Assembly: GCA_965227045.1 (NCBI GenBank)
Contig: OZ245718.1
Coordinates: 983,528-1,047,527 of the forward strand
DNA: 64,000 nucleotides
Source of the DNA: Actinomycetes bacterium
GTDB lineage: Bacteria; Actinomycetota; Actinomycetes; S36-B12
Direction: 5' to 3'
Under the pieces are notes generated by a model. It was not told the origin of the DNA. It did no database searches and was given only the letters and a program-made list of their open reading frames with translations. Position numbers and translations under genes: made by a program. This document shows, one piece after another, positions 10,373 to 18,219 of this stretch (its first letter is position 1; each line of letters begins with the position of its first letter).

Positions 10373-11605
10373 ATGACCACGCAGGTTGTCGTGACGGGCA
10401 TGGGCATGACGACGCCCATCGGCGGCGATGTCGCCACCTCCTGGGCAGCCGCCCTCGCCGGGACCTCAGGCATCAGCCTCCTCGACGAGGACTGGATCGC
10501 CGATCAGCCGGCCAAGATCGCCGGCCGCATGGCGGTCAACCCGGCCGAGGTCCTCGATCGCGTCGAGGCCCGCCGCATGGACCGCTCCCAGCAGGCCGCA
10601 CTTGTCGCCGCGCGCGAGGCGTGGGCCCAGGCCGGCGCTCCAGAAGTAGACCCCGAGCGTCTTGGCGCCGTGGTCGCGTCCGGCATCGGCGGCGTCACGT
10701 CGCTGCTCGACTCCTACGACATCCTGCGCGAGCGCGGACCCTCACGCATCTCGCCCCACATGGTCACGATGATCATGCCCAACGGTCCTGCTGCGATCGT
10801 CGGACTGGAAGTCGGCGCGCAGGCTGGCATCCACACTCCCGTCAGCGCCTGCTCATCCGGCGCCGAGGCAATCTCGTTCGCAGCTCGGATGATCCAGACC
10901 GGTCGCGCTGACGTCGTCATCGCCGGCGGCACGGAGGCCGTCATCCACCCGATCACCATGGCCGGCTTCGCCGCGATGCGCGCGCTGTCGACCCGCAACG
11001 ACGATCCGACGACCGCGTCGCGTCCCTACGACACCGGCCGCGACGGCTTCGTCATGGGCGAGGGCGCCGGCATCGTCGTGCTCGAGAGCGCGGAGTTTGC
11101 CGCAGCTCGAGGCGCCACCGTCTACGGGATCTACGGCGGCGCCGGCCTGACGTCGAACGGCTACCACATCGCGCAGCCGGATCCGGAGGGCAAGGGATCC
11201 GCGCGCGCGATGGGCTTCGCGCTTGAGGACGCCGGTCTCACCACGGGCGACGTCGTTCACGTCAACGCGCACGCGACCTCGACGCCTCAGGGCGACGTGG
11301 CTGAGGCGACGGCCATCCGCCGCGCACTTGGTGCCGACACCGACCACGCGGTGGTCACGGCGACGAAGTCGATGACCGGCCACCTGCTGGGCGGCGCTGG
11401 CGCCATCGAATCGATCTTCACGATCCTCGCGCTCCGCGACCGGCTCGTCCCGCCGACGGCAAACCTCGTCGATCTCGACGCGGCCGTCACTCTCGACATC
11501 GCGACCGGCGAGCCCAGGCCGCTGCCCGCCGGGGACATCGCGGCGATCAACAACTCCTTCGGGTTCGGCGGGCACGAAGTCGCCGTCGCCTTCCGGAGCG
11601 TCTGA
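10373..11605 (+). CDS. fabF: 3-oxoacyl-ACP synthase II (KasA/FabF type)
   Basis: 410 aa. Active-site Cys context VSACSSGAEA is present, with NAHATSTPQGD and GHLLGGAG motifs. Confidence 0.9.
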   Translation: MTTQVVVTGMGMTTPIGGDVATSWAAALAGTSGISLLDEDWIADQPAKIAGRMAVNPAEVLDRVEARRMDRSQQAALVAAREAWAQAGAPEVDPERLGAVVASGIGGVTSLLDSYDILRERGPSRISPHMVTMIMPNGPAAIVGLEVGAQAGIHTPVSACSSGAEAISFAARMIQTGRADVVIAGGTEAVIHPITMAGFAAMRALSTRNDDPTTASRPYDTGRDGFVMGEGAGIVVLESAEFAAARGATVYGIYGGAGLTSNGYHIAQPDPEGKGSARAMGFALEDAGLTTGDVVHVNAHATSTPQGDVAEATAIRRALGADTDHAVVTATKSMTGHLLGGAGAIESIFTILALRDRLVPPTANLVDLDAAVTLDIATGEPRPLPAGDIAAINNSFGFGGHEVAVAFRSV

Positions 11606-11606
11606 C

Positions 11607-13010
11607 ATGACAACCGCCACCACTGAGCCGGCGATCGACCCGCGGTCCCCGCAGGCACGACTGGCCGCATTCTTCGATGACGGCCAGTACACGACGATCA
11701 CCCCCGAGGACGATCGCGGCGTCGTCGCCGCCATTGGGCGCACCCACGGCACGCATGTCGTCGCCTTCGCCACCGACCCGACGGTCCAGGGCGGAGCGAT
11801 GGGCATCGAGGGCTGCCGCGCGATCGTCACCGCATACGACCGGGCGTTCGCCGATTCGGCTCCGATCGTGGGCCTGTGGTACTCAGGCGGTGCCCGGCTG
11901 CGCGAGGGCGTAGCGAGCCTCGATGCGGTCGGCCGTGTGTTCGCGGCGATGACCCGCGCATCCGGCAAGGTTCCGCAGATCTCCGTCGTCCTCGGCCCGG
12001 CCGCGGGCGGTGCGGCCTACGGGCCGGCGTTGACGGACATCGTCGTCCTCGGACCAAGCGGTCGAATCTTCGTCACCGGCCCCGAGGTCGTCAGGTCGGT
12101 CACCGGCGAGGACGTCGACATGGACCGGCTCGGCGGGCCCGAGCCGCACGGACGCCGCAGCGGCGTCGTCCACATCACGACCGACAGCGATGCCGAGGCG
12201 ATGGAGAAGGGCCGCACGCTCTGTGCGCTGCTCGGCCATCAGGGCTCGCTCGACATCGACTCGATCGAGGACGTCGACCTCGGCGCCTCGCTGCCGGAGT
12301 CATCGCGACGCGCATACGACGTGCACCCGCTGGTGGAGGCCTTCCTCGACGAGGGAACGCTCGTCGAACTGCATGCCAAGTGGGCACCGAACATCATGGT
12401 CGGCCTCGGGCGCCTCGGCGGCCGCACGGTTGGCATCGTCGCCAACAACCCGCTTCGCCTGGGCGGCTGCCTGGATTCATCGAGCGCCGAGAAGGCCTCA
12501 CGTTTCGTGCGAATGTGCGACGCGTTCGCCGTGCCGCTTGTCGTCCTCGTCGACGTGCCCGGCTACCTGCCCGGCGTCGGGCAGGAGTGGGACGGCGTCG
12601 TCCGACGCGGCGCGAAGCTGCTGCATGCCTTTGCCGAATGCGTCGTGCCGCGCGTCACCGTCGTCACCCGCAAGGCGTACGGCGGCGCCTACATCGCGAT
12701 GAACGCCGCCTCACTGGGCGCCACGCGTGTTTATGCGTGGCCGAACGCCGAGGTGGCGGTCATGGGCGCGGTCGCGGCCATCCGGATCCTGCACCGCAGG
12801 CGGCTGGCCGAGGTGCCCGAGGACGCGCGCGCTCAGGTCGAGTTGGAACTGGCAGCCGAGCACGAGGTCATCTCCGGCGGGATCGCCCGAGCGCTTGAGA
12901 CCGGAGTGGTCGACGAGGTCGTGGCTCCCGACAAGACCCGCCGCACGGTGGCGCAGGTGCTGCTGGACACCCCAGGCGTCCGCGGGCAGCACGGCAACAT
13001 CCCGCTCTAG
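11607..13010 (+). CDS. accD6: Acyl-CoA carboxylase carboxyltransferase (beta) subunit, AccD6-like
   Basis: 467 aa with carboxyl-transferase N and C halves. The ATG is 1 nt after the fabF stop. It occupies the same operon position as M. tuberculosis accD6. Confidence 0.8.
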   Translation: MTTATTEPAIDPRSPQARLAAFFDDGQYTTITPEDDRGVVAAIGRTHGTHVVAFATDPTVQGGAMGIEGCRAIVTAYDRAFADSAPIVGLWYSGGARLREGVASLDAVGRVFAAMTRASGKVPQISVVLGPAAGGAAYGPALTDIVVLGPSGRIFVTGPEVVRSVTGEDVDMDRLGGPEPHGRRSGVVHITTDSDAEAMEKGRTLCALLGHQGSLDIDSIEDVDLGASLPESSRRAYDVHPLVEAFLDEGTLVELHAKWAPNIMVGLGRLGGRTVGIVANNPLRLGGCLDSSSAEKASRFVRMCDAFAVPLVVLVDVPGYLPGVGQEWDGVVRRGAKLLHAFAECVVPRVTVVTRKAYGGAYIAMNAASLGATRVYAWPNAEVAVMGAVAAIRILHRRRLAEVPEDARAQVELELAAEHEVISGGIARALETGVVDEVVAPDKTRRTVAQVLLDTPGVRGQHGNIPL

Positions 13011-13098
13011 AAATGAACCGCCTCCCGGGTCAAATCGGGGTTCCGGGTGCCAAATGCGCCCAGTTCCGCAGATTTGACCCGGGAGGCGGTTCAATTCG
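13011..13098. repeat. Long-stem palindromic intergenic element, copy 2
   Basis: Arm 13014-13036 (TGAACCGCCTCCCGGGTCAAATC) is the exact reverse complement of 13071-13093. The arms are identical to copy 1 apart from one outer mismatch. The element fills the whole gap between the accD6 stop and the DUF3145 stop. Confidence 0.9.
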
Positions 13099-13641
13099 TT
13101 AGACGACCTGGTGGAGGACGCGGACCGTTGAGCCCTCGTGCGCGCAGCGGTAGGGCTCGAGCTCCTCATCCCACGGCTGGCCGATGAGGCGGGCAATCTC
13201 CTCGACGATCGGCTCTCCGGTGACCGCAGCCTGCAGGACGGCGGCCTTGAGCCGGTCCTCGGGCACCATGACGTCTCCGTGGACGCCGATGGTCGCGCGG
13301 AACAGGCCGAGGGTCGGCGTCGACGAGAACCGCTCGCCCTCGCGGCCCGGACTGGGGTCCTCGGTCACCTCGTGGCGGACCTGAGTGAAGGCGTGCAGCG
13401 CACTGGCCAGCTTGGCACCGGTGCCAGGCGGCCCGCTCCAGACAAGCTCGGCGCGCACCATGCCAGGAGCGATGGGCTGGTCGGCCCAGTCGATGTGCAC
13501 CTCGTTGCCGAACACGCGGGCGAGCGCCCACTCCAGGTGCGCGCTGACTGCACGCGCACATGAATGGACGAAGACCACGCCTCGCGCCTTGCCGGGTTCG
13601 GCCGCGCCTGACGTGCCCTTGACGTTCATGACGATCGTCAT
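13099..13641 (-). CDS. DUF3145-family protein
   Basis: GVVFVHSCARAVSAHLEWALARVFG...GERFSSTPTLGLFRATIGVHGDVMVPEDRLKAAV matches my recollection of DUF3145, a family commonly found next to fab genes. ATG 13641 is chosen over the longer ORF start at 13740. Confidence 0.7.
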   Translation of the reverse strand: MTIVMNVKGTSGAAEPGKARGVVFVHSCARAVSAHLEWALARVFGNEVHIDWADQPIAPGMVRAELVWSGPPGTGAKLASALHAFTQVRHEVTEDPSPGREGERFSSTPTLGLFRATIGVHGDVMVPEDRLKAAVLQAAVTGEPIVEEIARLIGQPWDEELEPYRCAHEGSTVRVLHQVV

Positions 13642-13803
13642 GTGTGGCCTCCTTCGAGTGTCGCCTTCCCCTGCGTCCTCGATGGAGTGCCTGCGGTGCT
13701 GAACGTCACATTGAGAATAGCGTCCCTGATGACGATGCACGCAACGCCGCCCCGCGTGTTCGATAGTGTTCGGCCGACGTCGCAGATCGATCCCGGAGGA
13801 ACC

Positions 13804-14403
13804 ATGGCCATCGCCGCACCCCAGCCCCGCGTCATTGCTGACGTATTCGGCCGCTCAGCGGTCCGCAATGTGGTCCTCGTTGCTGGAGGTGCCGCGTTCG
13901 TCGGGCTCTCCGCGCAGATCGCCTTCTACCTGCCGTGGAACTCGGCCGTACCGGTAACTCTCCAGACCTTCGCCGTGGTTCTCGCCGCCGGTGCGCTCGG
14001 CTCTCTTCGTGGTGCGGCCGCCATGGCCCTGTACGCCCTCCTCGGCGGGATCGGCCTGCCGTGGTTCGCGCACGGCTCGAGCGGTTGGGGCGGCGCGGCG
14101 TTCGGCTACATCCTCGGCTTCATCGTCGCCGCGTTCATCGTCGGCAAGCTCGCCGAGAACGGCGCGACCCGTAACTTCTGGCGCGCGGCCGGCCTGATGA
14201 TCCTGGGCAACGTCATCATCTACGCCATCGGCGCCACCTGGCTTAAGTTCAACCTCGACGTCCCGTGGTTCGGCGAGGCGTCGGCCTGGGCCTACGGTGT
14301 GAAGGACTTCCTCATCGGCGACCTGATCAAGATCCTCGCCGCTGCCGGACTGCTCCCCCTGACGTGGCAACTGCTCCGCAAGTCGGGCCTGACCGACAAG
14401 TAG
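13804..14403 (+). CDS. bioY: Biotin transporter BioY
   Basis: ~199 aa, with polytopic BioY-like sequence (VPVTLQTFAVVLAGALG...GYILGFIVAAFIVG). ATG 13804 is preceded by GGAGGA. Confidence 0.85.
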   Translation: MAIAAPQPRVIADVFGRSAVRNVVLVAGGAAFVGLSAQIAFYLPWNSAVPVTLQTFAVVLAAGALGSLRGAAAMALYALLGGIGLPWFAHGSSGWGGAAFGYILGFIVAAFIVGKLAENGATRNFWRAAGLMILGNVIIYAIGATWLKFNLDVPWFGEASAWAYGVKDFLIGDLIKILAAAGLLPLTWQLLRKSGLTDK

Positions 14404-14416
14404 TCGCCCGCGCGGG

Positions 14417-14443
14417 CAATCCGGGAGGCTGACGGCTCCGAAT
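14417..14443 (+). promoter_or_regulatory. Candidate SigK-type ECF promoter (CAATCC-N15-CCGAAT)
   Basis: CAATCC at 14417-14422 and CCGAAT at 14438-14443, 7 nt before GTG 14451. The same bipartite motif with the same spacing occurs at 16061-16087. Confidence 0.45.
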
Positions 14444-14450
14444 AGGAGTC

Positions 14451-16034
14451 GTGGAGAACTCACCGGACGTCCAGCCCGAAGCACCAGCAGCCCGCAGGCC
14501 GCGCAGCGCCCTGCCGATCTGGCTCGCCGCCCTCACCGGGGTGGTCGCGGTCGGCGCAGGCGTCGCCGTAGCCCACTTCATCGCCGCCTTCACCGGGCCG
14601 AGCGCATCCCCGCTCGTGGCGGTCGGCAGCGCCTTCATCGACCTGACGCCAACCTGGCTGAAGGAATTCGCCGTCGAGAAGTTCGGCACTGCCGACAAGC
14701 CCATCCTGATCGGCAGCATCTCCGCCGTCCTGCTGCTCATGTCGGCGCTTGCCGGCGTGCTGGCCAGAAGATGGCGCATCGTCGGCTGCGTCACGGTCGG
14801 CCTCGTCGGCGTGATCGCCGCGGTCGCCGCGATGAGCCGTCCCGATGCGACGCCCATAGACGTCGTCCCCGCCCTCGTCGGCGCCGTCGTCGCCGCCGGC
14901 ACGCTCTACTGGATAACTCGACCGCGGGCAGCTGCGGCGGACGAGGCGGGCGAACCAGCACCTGGCCCCGCCCGACGCACCGTGCTCCTCGGCTCGCTAA
15001 TCGTCGCTGGCGGCGCGGTCGTGGTCGGCGTGGTCGGCAACGTCATCGGTGGCAGCCTGCGCAATGTCGATGCCGCGCGTGCCGCGGTAAAGCTGCCCGT
15101 CCCGGCGGATCCGGCCGCTCCGCTCCCCGCGGGTGTCGACGTCAAGGTCGACGGGGTCAGCCCCTTCCGCGTGCCGAATGAGGACTTCTACCGGGTCGAC
15201 ACCGCGCTGGTCGTCCCGGCGATCGTCCCGGCCGACTGGGAGCTGTCGGTCGGCGGCATGGTCGACGAGCCGTACACAATCTCCTACGACGAACTGCTCG
15301 CGATGCCCATGATCGAGCGCGACCTGACCCTCACCTGCGTGTCGAATGAGGTCGGCGGGCAGTACGTCGGCAACGCGGTATGGCTGGGCGTGCGCCTGAA
15401 GGACGTGCTCACGCGGGCCGGGGTGCAAAAGAGCGCAGACCAGCTGTTCTCCCGGTCAAGCGACGGCTGGACCGCGAGTACGCCGATGGCCGCCGCCCTC
15501 GACGAGCGCGACGCGATCATCGCCGTGGCCATGAACGGCGAGCCGCTGCCCGCCGAGCACGGTTTCCCCGCGCGCATGGTGATCCCTGGCCTGTATGGAT
15601 TCGTCTCCGCAACGAAGTGGCTTGTCTCGCTCGAGGCGTCGACGTATGCCAAGGACGAGGCGTACTGGACCCAGCGCGGCTGGGCCACCGACGCACCCAT
15701 CCGCACCATGGCCCGTATCGAGGTGCCGCGTCCGCTGTCCACCGTGCAGGCGGGCGCGATTGCGATCGCCGGTACTGCGTGGGCCCAGCATCGGGGCATC
15801 GAGCGTGTGGAGGTGCAGGTCGATGACGAGCCGTGGGGCGAGGCCCGTCTTGGCGAGGTGCCGAGCGTCGACACGTGGCGACAGTGGTGGATCCCGTGGA
15901 ACGCGAAGCCCGGCCGGCACATCATCCGTGCCCGCGCCACGGACAAGGACGGCAAGACCCAGCCTGATGCGCGCCTCACCCCGTTCCCCAGCGGAGCGCA
16001 GGGCTGGCACGAGGTCGTCGTCAATGTGACCTGA
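14451..16034 (+). CDS. Membrane-anchored molybdopterin-dependent oxidoreductase (sulfite-oxidase fold)
   Basis: 527 aa. The N-terminal ~170 aa are TM helices. The C-terminal part is a SUOX-type Moco domain (LTLTCVSNEVGG, MNGEPLPAEHGFPARMVIPGLYG). Confidence 0.85.
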   Translation: MENSPDVQPEAPAARRPRSALPIWLAALTGVVAVGAGVAVAHFIAAFTGPSASPLVAVGSAFIDLTPTWLKEFAVEKFGTADKPILIGSISAVLLLMSALAGVLARRWRIVGCVTVGLVGVIAAVAAMSRPDATPIDVVPALVGAVVAAGTLYWITRPRAAAADEAGEPAPGPARRTVLLGSLIVAGGAVVVGVVGNVIGGSLRNVDAARAAVKLPVPADPAAPLPAGVDVKVDGVSPFRVPNEDFYRVDTALVVPAIVPADWELSVGGMVDEPYTISYDELLAMPMIERDLTLTCVSNEVGGQYVGNAVWLGVRLKDVLTRAGVQKSADQLFSRSSDGWTASTPMAAALDERDAIIAVAMNGEPLPAEHGFPARMVIPGLYGFVSATKWLVSLEASTYAKDEAYWTQRGWATDAPIRTMARIEVPRPLSTVQAGAIAIAGTAWAQHRGIERVEVQVDDEPWGEARLGEVPSVDTWRQWWIPWNAKPGRHIIRARATDKDGKTQPDARLTPFPSGAQGWHEVVVNVT

Positions 16035-16060
16035 GTCACGGAAAGTTTCTGCGATCGGTC

Positions 16061-16087
16061 CAATCCGGGTCGCGAGCAGCCCCGAAT
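16061..16087 (+). promoter_or_regulatory. Candidate SigK-type ECF promoter (CAATCC-N15-CCGAAT)
   Basis: CAATCC at 16061-16066 and CCGAAT at 16082-16087, upstream of the fasciclin lipoprotein gene. Confidence 0.45.
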
Positions 16088-16146
16088 TACCCATGACCGC
16101 CACGACAGGCGGAACCGAATTACTCGATCTAGCTCAGGAGATACCG

Positions 16147-16812
16147 ATGAACAAGTCACAGATTGCCCGCCGGACCGGCCTCGCCGCCGCCCTCATCAGC
16201 CTTCCCCTGGTGCTCGCCGCCTGCGGCTCGTCCACCAGCTCGGAGAGCACCTCAGCACCTGCCATGGCTTCATCCGAGGCCATGACCTCCGAGGCTCCGA
16301 TGGCATCGGACATGGCGTCCTCTGACGCGATGATGACCGACGCACCGTTCGGACCCGGCTGCGCTGCAGTTCCCGCCGACGGCAAGGGCAGCTTCTCCGG
16401 CATGGCCGCCGACCCGGTTGCCACCGCCGCATCGAACAACCCCGCCCTGTCGACCCTCGTCACCGCGGTGACTGCGGCCGGCCTCGGCGACTCGCTCAAC
16501 TCGGCTGACGGCATCACGGTGTTCGCACCGACCAACGACGCCTTCGCCGCGATGGACAAGGCAACCCTCGACAAGGCGCTGGCCGATCCGACCGGTCTGC
16601 TGACCACGGTGCTGACCTACCACGTCGTCTCGGGTCGCCTGGCTCCTGACCAGCTGGCCGGCACGCACGAGACCCTGCAGGGCGGCACCCTCGAGGTGAC
16701 CGGCTCCGGTGAGGACTTCACGGTCAACGGCGGTGCCAAGGTGGTCTGCGGCAACGTCCAGACGGCGAACGCGACCGTCTACCTGATCGACGGCGTCCTG
16801 CTCCCCTCCTGA
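16147..16812 (+). CDS. Fasciclin (FAS1) domain lipoprotein, MPT70/MPT83-like
   Basis: Signal peptide with lipobox LVLAAC. FAS1 motifs are present (TVFAPTNDAF, LTYHVVSG, ATVYLIDGVLLP). AGGAG lies 6 nt before ATG 16147. An in-frame ATG at 16093 is an alternative start. Confidence 0.85.
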   Translation: MNKSQIARRTGLAAALISLPLVLAACGSSTSSESTSAPAMASSEAMTSEAPMASDMASSDAMMTDAPFGPGCAAVPADGKGSFSGMAADPVATAASNNPALSTLVTAVTAAGLGDSLNSADGITVFAPTNDAFAAMDKATLDKALADPTGLLTTVLTYHVVSGRLAPDQLAGTHETLQGGTLEVTGSGEDFTVNGGAKVVCGNVQTANATVYLIDGVLLPS

Positions 16813-16839
16813 GCGAATAGCCCTGACACACTCAAGGCC

Positions 16840-17436
16840 ATGGACCCGTCACTCGCACTGCCGCCCGGCGTATCGCCGGGCGGCAGTGTCGACTCCGAAC
16901 TCGGGGCGCTGCTCGTTCTCTCCAGCAGGGGCGACCAGGCCGCGTTCGCGGAGCTGTACGACAAGACCAGCGCCCGAGTGTTCGGACTGGCCCGCCGAGT
17001 CGTTCGCGACCCGGCTCAGGCAGAAGAGGTCACGCAGGAGGCCTACCTGGATGTGTGGCGGCAGTCAGCACGGTACGACTCGTCCCGCGGTGGGGTGCTT
17101 GCGTGGATCCTCACGATCACGCACCGCAGGGCCGTGGACCGGGTTCGTTCGGCAGAGAGCTCCAAGCTGCGGGACACGCGGTTCGCGACACTGGGAGACG
17201 GAGCGGAGTTCGACGAAGTAGTGGAAGCCGTGACCTCGTCACTGGACACGGCCAGGGTCCGCAAGGCGCTCGCAACTCTCACCGAGGTGCAGCGCGAGGC
17301 GCTCACCCTCGCGTATTACGGCGGTTACACGTACAAGGAAGTATCCGAACTACTGGACGTGCCGCTCGGCACGATCAAGACTCGCATGCGGGATGGACTC
17401 ATCCGGCTGCGCGACACATTGGGGGTGGACGAATGA
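16840..17436 (+). CDS. sigK: ECF sigma factor, SigK-like
   Basis: 198 aa with sigma-70 regions 2 and 4 (WILTITHRRAVDRVR; YKEVSELLDVPLGTIKTRMRDGL). It is followed by an RskA-type anti-sigma gene and preceded by an MPT70-like gene. Confidence 0.8.
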   Translation: MDPSLALPPGVSPGGSVDSELGALLVLSSRGDQAAFAELYDKTSARVFGLARRVVRDPAQAEEVTQEAYLDVWRQSARYDSSRGGVLAWILTITHRRAVDRVRSAESSKLRDTRFATLGDGAEFDEVVEAVTSSLDTARVRKALATLTEVQREALTLAYYGGYTYKEVSELLDVPLGTIKTRMRDGLIRLRDTLGVDE

Positions 17437-18206
17437 GCGACGAAGCTGCAGACATACACACGTTGTCCGGCGCGTATGCGCTCGACGCCCTCGATCCCGC
17501 GCAGGCCGCTGCCTTCGAGCGTCACCTGGAGTCGTGCGCAGAGTGCCGCGCGGAGATCCGCTCGTTCAACGCGTCGGTCGCGCTCATGGCGGATGACGCG
17601 GTCGAGGCGCCCCCCGCGCGACTTCGTGGTTCCATCCTGTCCGCGATCTCCGACGTGCGCCCGCTGCCTCCGATCGTCTCCGAGGACGATGCAGCAGAGG
17701 CCGAACTCGCCCCGGTCATCGCCCTGGAGTCACGCCGGGGCCGCACGATCACGACCTGGTTCGCGGTCGCCGCAGCAGTACTCGGCATCGCGATGGCCGG
17801 AGCGGTGTGGCGCTCGGTCACCTTGCAGAGCCAGGTATCGCAACTGTCTGCGACAGCCGCCGATCTCAATGCAGTGCTCACCGCCCCGGACGCCCAGACC
17901 GTCGCGCAGTCGGTCGGCGACGCCCACGCCACCGTGGTCATGTCGATGAGCAAGGGCGAGGCGGTTCTCGTCACTCAGGGCATGGCTCCCCCGCCCGCCG
18001 GCTCGACCTACCAGGTCTGGTTCGTCGGAGCCTCGGGCACGGCCGCCTCTGCAGGTTTCGTTCCCGACGGACCGAGTTCGGCCACGTTGCTCACCGGTGA
18101 TCCCGCGTCCGCGGTTGCCGTGGGCGTGACGGTCGAGCCCGAGGGCGGGTCCCCTCAGCCGACGACCACACCGGTCATGGTGATGGAGCTTCCGACCATC
18201 GCGTGA
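17433..18206 (+). CDS. rskA: Anti-sigma-K factor RskA
   Basis: The ATG overlaps the sigK stop (ATGA). It has an N-terminal zinc-type anti-sigma domain (HLESCAECRAE), a single TM, and a C-terminal RskA domain (YQVWFVG...VGVTVEPEGGS). Confidence 0.8.
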   Translation: MSDEAADIHTLSGAYALDALDPAQAAAFERHLESCAECRAEIRSFNASVALMADDAVEAPPARLRGSILSAISDVRPLPPIVSEDDAAEAELAPVIALESRRGRTITTWFAVAAAVLGIAMAGAVWRSVTLQSQVSQLSATAADLNAVLTAPDAQTVAQSVGDAHATVVMSMSKGEAVLVTQGMAPPPAGSTYQVWFVGASGTAASAGFVPDGPSSATLLTGDPASAVAVGVTVEPEGGSPQPTTTPVMVMELPTIA

Positions 18207-18219
18207 TGCAACGCGCGCC

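Noticed and set aside
13700-13725. TGAACGTCACATTGAGAATAGCGTC upstream of bioY as a BioQ-type (TGAAC-N3-GTTCA) operator.
   Set aside because: Only the left half-site matches. The right half (ACATT) does not form the palindrome.
16124-16129. A second CCGAAT hexamer (in GGAACCGAATTAC) upstream of the fasciclin gene as another SigK -10 box.
   Set aside because: There is no xxATCC-like -35 element 15-16 nt upstream. It is probably a chance repeat of the hexamer.
16093-16146. ATG 16093 as the start of the fasciclin lipoprotein. It would be leaderless from the CCGAAT box.
   Set aside because: It is kept as an alternative only. AGGAG sits 6 nt before ATG 16147, and a conventional short lipoprotein signal peptide (MNKSQIARRTGLAAALISLPLVLAAC) favours 16147.
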